From an uncultured Flavobacteriales bacterium (GTDB lineage: Bacteria > Bacteroidota > Bacteroidia > AKYH767-A > 2013-40CM-41-45), in contig CAYHHK010000005.1 of assembly GCA_964356415.1 (NCBI GenBank), positions 14,908 through 56,123 of the forward strand: a stretch of 41,216 bases of DNA, in the 5' to 3' direction. The translations under genes and the position numbers were made by a program. The notes below the pieces were generated by a model, which saw nothing but the letters and a program-made list of their open reading frames with translations, had not been told where the DNA came from and did not search any database. This document shows, one piece after another, positions 1 to 7,737 of this stretch (its first letter is position 1; every line of letters begins with the position of its first letter).

Positions 1-222
1 GGATGAAATGAAAGATGTCTCGCGGAGGCGCAAAGACGCAAAGAAACAGCCGGATAAGAAGAATGCTGATGAAAGTCAGAAGGGGAAATGGATGAAATGA
101 AAGATGTCTCGCGGAGGCGCAAAGACGCAAAGAAACAGCCGGATGAGAAGAATGTTGATGAAAGTCAGAAGGGGATATGGGTGAAATGAAAGGTGTCACG
201 TGAAGACGCATAGGCGCAAATA
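1..222. repeat. 89-bp tandem repeat (2 near-identical units plus 1 degenerate partial unit; may extend left of the window) carrying the TGTCTCGCGGAGGCGCAAAGACGCAAAG motif
   Basis: Units start at 1, 90 and 179 (GGATGAAATGAAAGATGTCTCGCGG...). Units 1 and 2 differ at only a few positions. Confidence 0.92.
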
Positions 223-343
223 GAAAATCGGTTTTTTAGTTAGAAGTGAAATCCGGAAGAAGAGACCGGATGAAGTTTCTAGAATTCAGCGAAAAAAATT
301 GAAGGCAATAAAGAATTACAGGTTATGCTTCTGACAGCATGAC

Positions 344-721
344 CTAAAGATTATTTACGACCCTTGTTATTCCATCTCTCATAAGGGCAACATTAAAATT
401 GACGAGTAAGCCCAACCGAAGTTCTGAGAGACGTATATATGTTAGCAGGATTTTAGGATGGACGGGGACTATGTACTCAACAGATTTAATCTCAATGATG
501 ACCTTGTTTTCAATAATAAGATCACAACGAAATCCAATATCGAGTTTAGCGTCTTCATAATTAACATTGATGTTTTTTTGCCGCTGGTAAGAGATGCCGT
601 GTTTCCTTAGTTCGTAGCAAATAACTTCCTCGTAAACAGATTCCAATAATCCCGGTCCAAGGGTTCTATGGATTTTGATAAATATATTAACCATTATGGT
701 TGCGATTTCATTCTCTGTCAT
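344..721 (-). CDS. GxxExxY protein (PD-(D/E)XK nuclease-like family)
   Basis: 125 aa with LGPGLLESVYE (GxxExxY signature), RCDLIIENKVIIEIKSVE (D...ExK nuclease core) and C-terminal GLLVNF. Confidence 0.93.
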   Translation of the reverse strand: MTENEIATIMVNIFIKIHRTLGPGLLESVYEEVICYELRKHGISYQRQKNINVNYEDAKLDIGFRCDLIIENKVIIEIKSVEYIVPVHPKILLTYIRLSELRLGLLVNFNVALMRDGITRVVNNL

Positions 722-830
722 ATTCCCTAAATTTAGGCTGCAATAAAGGATATGTCTGAATGTTACAAAACCAAAATATACAGTTTTATTTTAAAGGGAT
801 TTTATAAGCGAGTTAGGTATTTGAGCCTAT

Positions 831-1338
831 TAAAAAGAGGTTCTATGAAATTCAAAACGCCTGTCGGCTTTCAATTAAGAAAAAAAATATCTTCCCTCCA
901 TAATGGTTATACTGTTGCTAGAATTATTTGCGATACCGCGACTGCATTCTCTTGAGACTTTTGTTTTTGCGCCTTGGCGACTTTGCGTGAGTTATCTTCC
1001 TCGGTGATCGTGTGAGAAGATTATTCCTTTGTACATTGGTAAGTTTGAGTGAGAAATCGCTACTTAATTCTCCGAAAACTTCTTCACCTAAAAAGAGATT
1101 CTATGAAAATTCATAAGACCTGCCGGCTATCAAATAAAAAAAACAACTTCTCTATCTAACGATTTTACTCTTGCGGTGGAATAGATTGCCATTCTGCGAC
1201 TGCATTCTCTTGAGACTTTAGTTTTTGCGTCTTTGGGTGAGTTATCTTCCTTCGCGCTCTAGCGAGAGGATTATTCCTGTGGACATCTGTAAGTCGTAGT
1301 GAGGTAACGCTAATTAATTCTCAAGGAACTTCTTCACC
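831..1338. repeat. Diverged ~255-bp tandem duplication (831-1088 and 1089-1338)
   Basis: Both copies start TAAAAAGAG-TTCTATGAAA, share GCGACTGCATTCTCTTGAGACTTT and GTGAGTTATCTTCCT, and end AACTTCTTCACC. Confidence 0.88.
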
Positions 1339-2120
1339 CTTTCAAAATAAGCATTCTTGTCCGTCTCGAAATTTTTTGCATTGGATGGAGAAGCGGCTAC
1401 AAGAAATGTGCTTGAGATGCCTTTGATCAGCTTCATATCATCGGGCTTGATCATATCATCCTGCGGTGTAACGATTGCAAGAATTCCTCTCAAGTGTGTG
1501 CGTGCTTTGTCAAAAGCATAAAATGGTTCAAAGGTTTTATCAAAGCCAAACGGGATGATGATATCCTTGCTTTTCTTTTCCTTGAATTTTTTTTTCATCT
1601 GCTCCAGTCCTGTCCATGGACCATCAGCGATTATTTTCCTGGTCTCCGTTCTGTTGGCCCCGACACCGATGGATAAACCGGCCCCGATATTTTGCCCGTA
1701 GAGATCGAATTTGGTCACCGCCCTGGTTTTGCGGAGGTAATCAAGTACGGCGTGAAAGTCATTGATGAACTGCGGATAGATATAAGTATCCGGGTCAACA
1801 TTGAAATCACTGCTTGCACCATAGCCGCGGTAATCATACATGCAAACATTCCAGCCGATGCTCATGAATTGACCGGCCAACTCAATGTTATCAGCCATGT
1901 TTCCGTCACCGCTTCCGCTGATGACGATCCAGTTCGTTGTCTTTTTGTCAAGTTCGAAAAACCATGCGTTCAGAGAAGCACCATCTTTGGTTGGGACTTT
2001 TTCCTCTTTGTAAACCATTCCGTATTTGTCAGGCCTTACCTTGTATTCGCGGCTTGGGTTTAGGGAGAATGCTACAGATGCACTTGTTGCAAGCAGCAGG
2101 AAAAATATGATTTTTCTCAT
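1314..2120 (-). CDS. Secreted alpha/beta-hydrolase-fold protein, nucleophile elbow GQNIG (no Ser)
   Basis: Signal peptide, TKDGASLNAWF, DYRGYGAS, LYGQNIGAG and IIADGPW motifs. Confidence 0.85.
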   Translation of the reverse strand: MRKIIFFLLLATSASVAFSLNPSREYKVRPDKYGMVYKEEKVPTKDGASLNAWFFELDKKTTNWIVISGSGDGNMADNIELAGQFMSIGWNVCMYDYRGYGASSDFNVDPDTYIYPQFINDFHAVLDYLRKTRAVTKFDLYGQNIGAGLSIGVGANRTETRKIIADGPWTGLEQMKKKFKEKKSKDIIIPFGFDKTFEPFYAFDKARTHLRGILAIVTPQDDMIKPDDMKLIKGISSTFLVAASPSNAKNFETDKNAYFERVKKFLEN

Positions 2121-2147
2121 GGTATTTTATTCAGATTTTAAGTGTAG

Positions 2148-2155
2148 CAAAAATA
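2148..2155 (-). promoter_or_regulatory. Bacteroidota sigma-A -7 element (TATTTTTG)
   Basis: Matches TAnnTTTG, 27 nt upstream of the ATG at 2120. Confidence 0.5.
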
Positions 2156-2329
2156 CGAAAAGGATTTTCTACAAATCCTGTAAAATACAGGAAGTTGTAA
2201 GAAATTTATCAAAGTATTTCGGTTAGAACCTGTTACCGGCCTACAAATAACCTTGCCTGTTTTGCTTCACCAAACCATGAAATTAGTTATCTTCGCACGC
2301 TTTTTACTTAGAACAACAATACTATACAA

Positions 2330-4177
2330 ATGAGTAATCCAAATGAAACGCTTGAGAGCGTAATCATAAAATTTGCAGGTGATTCCGGGGATGGAATGCA
2401 ATTGACCGGAACACAGTTTACGAACACTGCTGCGATGCTTGGGAATGACCTGAGTACTTTCCCTGATTTTCCTGCAGAAATACGTGCCCCTCAAGGAACA
2501 CTTGCCGGCGTATCAGGTTACCAGCTTCATTTCGGCAGTGTAGAGATTTTCACCCCCGGTGATCATTGCGATGTTCTTGTTGTGATGAATGCAGCTGCAT
2601 TAAAGGCCAATCTTGAATTCCTCCGTAAAGGCGGTACCATCATTGCAAACACAGACGGCTTTAATGCAAAGGATCTCCGTCTTGCCAATATTGAAGCCGG
2701 TCAGAATCCGCTGGAAGACGGGTCGCTCTCAAATTACAACGTCATCAAGATGGACGTTACGAAAATGACACGCGCCGCACTTTCTACTGACAGCGGACTA
2801 GGCGTAAAGGAAATCGACCGTTCAAAAAACATGTTTGTACTTGGATACCTGTACTGGATGTACAACCGTCAGCTGAATCATACAATCAAGTTTTTGACAG
2901 ATAAATTTTCGAGGAAACCCGATATTCTTGATGCCAATTTAAAGGTGCTGAAGGCAGGATACAATCTGGGTGAAACCAGGGAGGAAGCCACCAGCCGTTT
3001 TTCAATCGGTCCAGCTAAGATCAAACCCGGTATATACAGGAACATGATGGGTAATCAGGCAACTGCCCTAGGTCTGATCGCGGCAGCCCAAAAATCCGGG
3101 CTTCAATTATTTTGTGGTACATATCCAATTACTCCTGCTTCTGATATCCTTCATGAACTTTCACGACATAAAAATTTTGGGGTGAAAACATTTCAGGCTG
3201 AAGATGAGATTGCTGCTATTTGTGCATCCATAGGAGCAAGTTTTGGTGGCTCCCTTAGCGTAACAACATCATCAGGGCCGGGCATTGCATTGAAAGGCGA
3301 AGCGATGGGTCTGGCTGTTATGCTTGAACTTCCGCTGGTTATAGTAAATGTTCAGCGTGGTGGCCCATCAACGGGGCTTCCAACTAAAACTGAACAAAGT
3401 GACCTTATGCAAGCGTTGTATGGCAGAAATGGAGAATCTCCTATTCCAATAGTCGCAGCAGCTACGCCAAGTGATTGCTTCAACATGGTTTTTGAAGCAA
3501 GCCGCATTGCAATTGAATTCATGACCCCTGTATTATTCTTATCTGACGGATACATTGCCAATGGCGCTGAGCCTTGGGCATTCCCGAAAGCCGCAGACCT
3601 TCCTGAGATCAAGGTTAACTTTGCAAAAGAAAAAAACGCCGGCGATAAATTCCTACCTTATAAACGTGATGAAAAGCTTTCCCGCCCGTGGGCTATTCCG
3701 GGAACAAAAGGTCTGGAGCATCGCATCGGAGGAATTGAGAAACAGCATGAAACCGGCAACATCAATTATGAGCCTGCCAATCACGAGTTCATGGTTCGCA
3801 TGCGTGATGCCAAAGTTGAAAAGATTGCAGACTACATTCCAAAACTGACCATCGAAGACGGGACAGAAAAGGGTAAATTACTGATTCTCGGATGGGGATC
3901 TACATATGGTGCGATAAAGAGTGCAGTGAAGCAAGCCCGTTTAAAAGGATATGATGTTTCACATGCACACTTGCGTTACATCAAACCATTCCCAAAAAAT
4001 CTCGGAGAGATTCTTTACAACTTTGAGCACGTGATCATTCCTGAATTGAATACGGGACAATTGATCAAGGTTATCCGCGATAAATATTTGATTCCTGCAG
4101 AAGGATTCAATAAGATCCAGGGAATGCCTTTTATGGCTTCAGAGATATTGGCATTAATTGAAGAGAAGTTGAAATAA
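2330..4177 (+). CDS. korA: 2-oxoacid:ferredoxin oxidoreductase subunit alpha (gamma-alpha fusion)
   Basis: FAGDSGDGMQLTG, YPITPASDILHEL, QAEDEIAA, TTSSGPG and QRGGPSTGLPTKTEQSD motifs. Confidence 0.95.
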   Translation: MSNPNETLESVIIKFAGDSGDGMQLTGTQFTNTAAMLGNDLSTFPDFPAEIRAPQGTLAGVSGYQLHFGSVEIFTPGDHCDVLVVMNAAALKANLEFLRKGGTIIANTDGFNAKDLRLANIEAGQNPLEDGSLSNYNVIKMDVTKMTRAALSTDSGLGVKEIDRSKNMFVLGYLYWMYNRQLNHTIKFLTDKFSRKPDILDANLKVLKAGYNLGETREEATSRFSIGPAKIKPGIYRNMMGNQATALGLIAAAQKSGLQLFCGTYPITPASDILHELSRHKNFGVKTFQAEDEIAAICASIGASFGGSLSVTTSSGPGIALKGEAMGLAVMLELPLVIVNVQRGGPSTGLPTKTEQSDLMQALYGRNGESPIPIVAAATPSDCFNMVFEASRIAIEFMTPVLFLSDGYIANGAEPWAFPKAADLPEIKVNFAKEKNAGDKFLPYKRDEKLSRPWAIPGTKGLEHRIGGIEKQHETGNINYEPANHEFMVRMRDAKVEKIADYIPKLTIEDGTEKGKLLILGWGSTYGAIKSAVKQARLKGYDVSHAHLRYIKPFPKNLGEILYNFEHVIIPELNTGQLIKVIRDKYLIPAEGFNKIQGMPFMASEILALIEEKLK

Positions 4178-4179
4178 AG

Positions 4180-4210
4180 CCTCACCCTAACCCTCTGCAA
4201 AGGAGAGGGA
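4180..4210 (+). repeat. REP-like short hairpin CCTCACCCTAACCCTCTGCAAAGGAGAGGGA between korA and korB
   Basis: Imperfect CCCTCT(G)C/GGAGAGGG stem with a CCTCACCCT leader. A related CCTCCTATCCCCCGAAGGGGGA occurs at ~18977-18998. Confidence 0.55.
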
Positions 4211-4228
4211 ATAAAAAACATTTAGAAA

Positions 4229-5260
4229 ATGGAAGCTACTCAAACCCCAGAAAAATTTACATCAAAGGAACTCGTCACCGACCAGGAAGTACGGTGGTGT
4301 CCCGGCTGCGGCGACTACTCTATATTAAAACAGGCGCAAAACATTGTCCCTGAAATAGGAGTGGCACGCGAGAATATTGTTTTCATCAGCGGCATCGGAT
4401 GTTCATCACGTTTTCCTTATTATATGGAAACATATGGTATGCACAGCATTCACGGACGTGCTACTGCTGTTGCCAGCGGACTCAAAGCTGCACGACCGGA
4501 GCTCAGCATCTGGTTGGTTACGGGTGACGGTGATGGATTGTCAATCGGGGGTAATCACATGATCCATGTCCTTCGCAGAAATTTTAACCTGAATATCCTG
4601 CTTTTCAATAATGAGATCTATGGACTTACAAAAGGTCAGTATTCTCCGACTTCCGAAGAAGGAAAAATAACCAAGAGTACGCCGGTGGGTTCTGTTGATC
4701 ATCCGTTCAACCCAATTGCATTGTGCATGGGTGCTGATGCAACTTTTCTGGCACGTACCATGGACCGAGATCCGAAGCACCAGCAGATGATATTAAAACG
4801 CGCGAATGATCACAAAGGCGCAAGCTTTGTAGAGATTTACCAAAACTGCAATGTATTCAATGATGGCGCTTTTGAAGTCTTCACGGAAAAATCTTCGAAG
4901 AAAAGCGAGACCATTTTCATGGAAAGCGGAAAGCCATTGGTGTTCGGTGAGAATTCAGAAAAAGGAATTAAGCTGGATGGATTTACTCCACGGGTTGTGG
5001 ATATTACAAACGGTGCTTCTCCAAATGATCTCTGGATACATGACGAAGCGGATCGCGTGAAGGCAGGTATCCTTTCACGTTTCTTTGACAATCCGAAAAA
5101 TGAGAACCACCTTCCACGTCCATTCGGAGTATTTTATGTGGAAGACCGTTATTGCTACGAGGATAAGATGGCACAGCAAATCGTTGACATGAAAGCCAAA
5201 AAAGGCGAAGGCAATCTGGATAAACTGCTAAGTGGAAGTGAAACGTGGGCAGTGAATTGA
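4229..5260 (+). CDS. korB: 2-oxoacid:ferredoxin oxidoreductase subunit beta (TPP-binding)
   Basis: WCPGCGD, SGIGCSSR, TGDGDGLSIGGNH, NNEIYGLTKGQYSPT motifs. Confidence 0.95.
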   Translation: MEATQTPEKFTSKELVTDQEVRWCPGCGDYSILKQAQNIVPEIGVARENIVFISGIGCSSRFPYYMETYGMHSIHGRATAVASGLKAARPELSIWLVTGDGDGLSIGGNHMIHVLRRNFNLNILLFNNEIYGLTKGQYSPTSEEGKITKSTPVGSVDHPFNPIALCMGADATFLARTMDRDPKHQQMILKRANDHKGASFVEIYQNCNVFNDGAFEVFTEKSSKKSETIFMESGKPLVFGENSEKGIKLDGFTPRVVDITNGASPNDLWIHDEADRVKAGILSRFFDNPKNENHLPRPFGVFYVEDRYCYEDKMAQQIVDMKAKKGEGNLDKLLSGSETWAVN

Positions 5261-5284
5261 TCTAGAAAGAGACAATAAACAACA

Positions 5285-5321
5285 TAAAAAGCCGTTTTTC
5301 CTTTGGAGAGACGGCTTTTTA
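5285..5321. terminator. Bidirectional intrinsic terminator between convergent korB and the kinase gene
   Basis: TAAAAAGCCGTTTTTCC-TTT-GGAGAGACGGCTTTTTA hairpin with A/T tracts on both sides. Confidence 0.8.
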
Positions 5322-5347
5322 TTAATGAGACTATGATTTCAGAAACA

Positions 5348-5410
5348 GCCCCGAAGTTTCGGGGCGGAAGCTAATATTCATTTTGATACCTCGAAGTTCT
5401 GCTTCGGGGT
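5348..5410. repeat. Two related REP-like palindromes (GCCCCGAAGTTTCGGGGC; ACCTCGAAGTTCTGCTTCGGGGT)
   Basis: Perfect 8-bp stem at 5348-5365 and a 9-bp stem (one G-U pair) at 5388-5410, both with a CCYCGAAG...TTCGGGG core. Confidence 0.65.
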
Positions 5411-5413
5411 CAT

Positions 5414-6253
5414 TCATTGGTGGAGAAAATAATTTTTGAGTCCATCCATCGGCCGCTTCAGTATCTTTCCAATTGTGAGATTGTTTTCCTTGCCGGTTTC
5501 CCGGATTTCAATTTCAAGCAAAGCGGCAACAGAACCCACAAAATGAATCGTTGCATTTTTTGATTCTGAGAATCCGCTTACATTCGTTTCGAAAAAAATA
5601 TTTATACCATTTTTCAAAAAATCCCGTATGTGCAATTCATCTTTATATTTTATGATGAAGGGCATGAATGAAGAAAGGAAAAGATTTACATTTGGTTTTC
5701 GGTAGACTGACTCAATGATCTCCTCACGGGTTAATCTATATTCATCAAAAAAAGCAGTGCTTATTTTTTTCGGAAGTTTATCATATAGATATGCTTTCAG
5801 GAAATTTTTTCCAAACCATGCACCACTGGCTTCATCGCCGAGTATGTAACCTAAACCAAAATTTTTCAAATGTATTGCAGATCCATCGTAAAAGCAGCAA
5901 TTGCTGCCTGTTCCGAGAATTGCAATAATTCCTTTCTCATTTCCTGATGTTGCCAAAGCTGCAGCAAACAAGTCATTGTCAAGCGTAATTTTTGAACCTG
6001 TAAATAGTTTTCTTAAAACGCCAACCATTTTTTCTTTTCCTTCACTGCTTCCACAGCCGGCACCGTAAAAAAAGACATCAGTAATTGTAGTTGAATTTGT
6101 TGTAATGTTTTTTTCTGCAGATAACTTTTCAAGTATTGTTGCATCTGAAAGATGGACAGGATTTAAGCCATCGGTTTGGAATTCCGTTATGGTAATTCCA
6201 TCCAACAATGCCCAGTCTGCCTTTGTACTTCCGCTGTCGCAAATAAGGATCAT
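5414..6253 (-). CDS. BadF/BadG/BcrA/BcrD-type ATPase, N-acetylglucosamine-kinase-like
   Basis: ILICDSGSTKADW, FYGAGC, ILGTGSN, GLGYILGDEASG and HFVGSVA (ASKHA sugar kinase motifs). Confidence 0.88.
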   Translation of the reverse strand: MILICDSGSTKADWALLDGITITEFQTDGLNPVHLSDATILEKLSAEKNITTNSTTITDVFFYGAGCGSSEGKEKMVGVLRKLFTGSKITLDNDLFAAALATSGNEKGIIAILGTGSNCCFYDGSAIHLKNFGLGYILGDEASGAWFGKNFLKAYLYDKLPKKISTAFFDEYRLTREEIIESVYRKPNVNLFLSSFMPFIIKYKDELHIRDFLKNGINIFFETNVSGFSESKNATIHFVGSVAALLEIEIRETGKENNLTIGKILKRPMDGLKNYFLHQ

Positions 6254-6264
6254 CGATAATTTTA

Positions 6265-7665
6265 TTATTTAATTTCCATCAATAGTTTTTCGGAAAGTTT
6301 TTTTGCCTGGTCACGCAATTCAGGTACTGCAGTGCTTTCAAACAGCAATCCGCGCAATGTGGACCCGATGGTTAATAGAAATTTCGATGGAGATCCGTCA
6401 GAATTTAAAATCGTTCCGTCGGATGAAGCATCAATTCCTAACTTCATTTCATCAGCGTGAATCAGGTTTCTTGAAATAAGATTTTTAACGAGCGGCCGGT
6501 TCAGTTTGTTGATGTCTGAAAGCGGCCCTGTACAGTTAATAACCCTTGCAACACTTACCTCATAGTTTTGCTGATCCCGCCTCCTCTTAAAGCTTACCCT
6601 GATGCCGCGTTCGGTTTCAGTAAAACCCTGAATACGGCCTGCAATGATCTCAAGTTTGTCGTCAAGGATCATTTGCTGGATCATTTTATGAACTTCCATT
6701 GGTAGTCTGTGTCGTGCTACGCCCCACATGTGGCGCAGGTGATAGATGAATCTTTCTTTCTCCTCTTTACTCCAGGATTGCCACACCTTTTGCGTTAATG
6801 GACGTAGAGAGTCCACGACTGCTTCGCCTGCAAGACCCATGTCGCGGAGTTTTTTTACATGTGTCCGGAAAAGTGAAATAATTTTTTGAAGATCATAAGG
6901 AGGCTTCAATTCTTCCATCAATCCTTTGTATGGCTCAAATACCCGGTGCGGAAGGATCTGGAAGCCATTCGGTGAAAGGGAATATATTTTTCCGTTGTGT
7001 TTTTTTTCTTTCAGACCCAATACTATGTCAGCCATTGTAAGCCCATTTCCCAGGATAAAAACTTCTTTGTCAGGATCGAGGTGATTCACTGCTTCATGAA
7101 GCCATGGGTTTCCAAAATAATTTCTGCTTGCGTAAAAGGAATTGTCCTGCAGCGGAGGATTGTCAGGCGACTGATTGCCAATGGCAAGAACCACTTTATC
7201 TGCGATTACACCCGGTGAAACGGAAAAATGAATATGTGCTTTCCATTCCTTTTCTTCAATGTCAATTGCTTCATCATGTACGAAATTGATGGAAACGCCC
7301 TCCGGTTTTTTTCTTATGGCATTTTCGAAAAGATCTTTCAGGTAATATCCATAAATATTCCTTGGAAGGAACATACCCGGCAATGCGGTCTGGTCTATCA
7401 CCCTGTAGTTCTCATGTTTTTTAATCCAGTCCATGAAATGAGAAGGCTTATCCGGAAACGCACTCATGTTCTTTGCCGGAACATTGAGCAGGTGTTTATG
7501 GGAGTAGGAAGAATAGGCAACGCCTTTACTCAGCGGATAGCCTGCATTGATCAGCACGATGTGCAATGGTGCTTTTGCATTGCTGAGCAGATGTACAGCC
7601 AGCATGTTTCCGCAAAAGCCACCACCAATAATTGCAATAGTGGGATTATGATATTGGGTCACCAT
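6265..7665 (-). CDS. FAD/NAD(P)-binding oxidoreductase (YdhS-like)
   Basis: IAIIGGGFCG, GVAYS, HLLNVPA..MSAFPD, ILGNGLTMAD, VINCTGP and ESTAVPELR motifs. The ATG at 7665 is preferred over the TTG at 7674, which overlaps a TACTTTTG promoter. Confidence 0.85.
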   Translation of the reverse strand: MVTQYHNPTIAIIGGGFCGNMLAVHLLSNAKAPLHIVLINAGYPLSKGVAYSSYSHKHLLNVPAKNMSAFPDKPSHFMDWIKKHENYRVIDQTALPGMFLPRNIYGYYLKDLFENAIRKKPEGVSINFVHDEAIDIEEKEWKAHIHFSVSPGVIADKVVLAIGNQSPDNPPLQDNSFYASRNYFGNPWLHEAVNHLDPDKEVFILGNGLTMADIVLGLKEKKHNGKIYSLSPNGFQILPHRVFEPYKGLMEELKPPYDLQKIISLFRTHVKKLRDMGLAGEAVVDSLRPLTQKVWQSWSKEEKERFIYHLRHMWGVARHRLPMEVHKMIQQMILDDKLEIIAGRIQGFTETERGIRVSFKRRRDQQNYEVSVARVINCTGPLSDINKLNRPLVKNLISRNLIHADEMKLGIDASSDGTILNSDGSPSKFLLTIGSTLRGLLFESTAVPELRDQAKKLSEKLLMEIK

Positions 7666-7671
7666 CAATGC

Positions 7672-7679
7672 CAAAAGTA
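7672..7679 (-). promoter_or_regulatory. -7 element TACTTTTG
   Basis: Exact TAnnTTTG match 6 nt before the ATG at 7665. Confidence 0.55.
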
Positions 7680-7737
7680 ATTTTTGAAAATGGAATTACA
7701 CGTGAATAATGCAAATAATTCTAATTGGTCAGATGGG

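Noticed and set aside
1-222. Possible CRISPR array
   Set aside because: The whole 89-bp unit repeats, so there are no unique spacers. No cas genes are present.
752-955. 67-aa ORF on the + strand
   Set aside because: It lies largely in the duplicated intergenic unit, is not preserved in copy 2, and has no recognisable motif.
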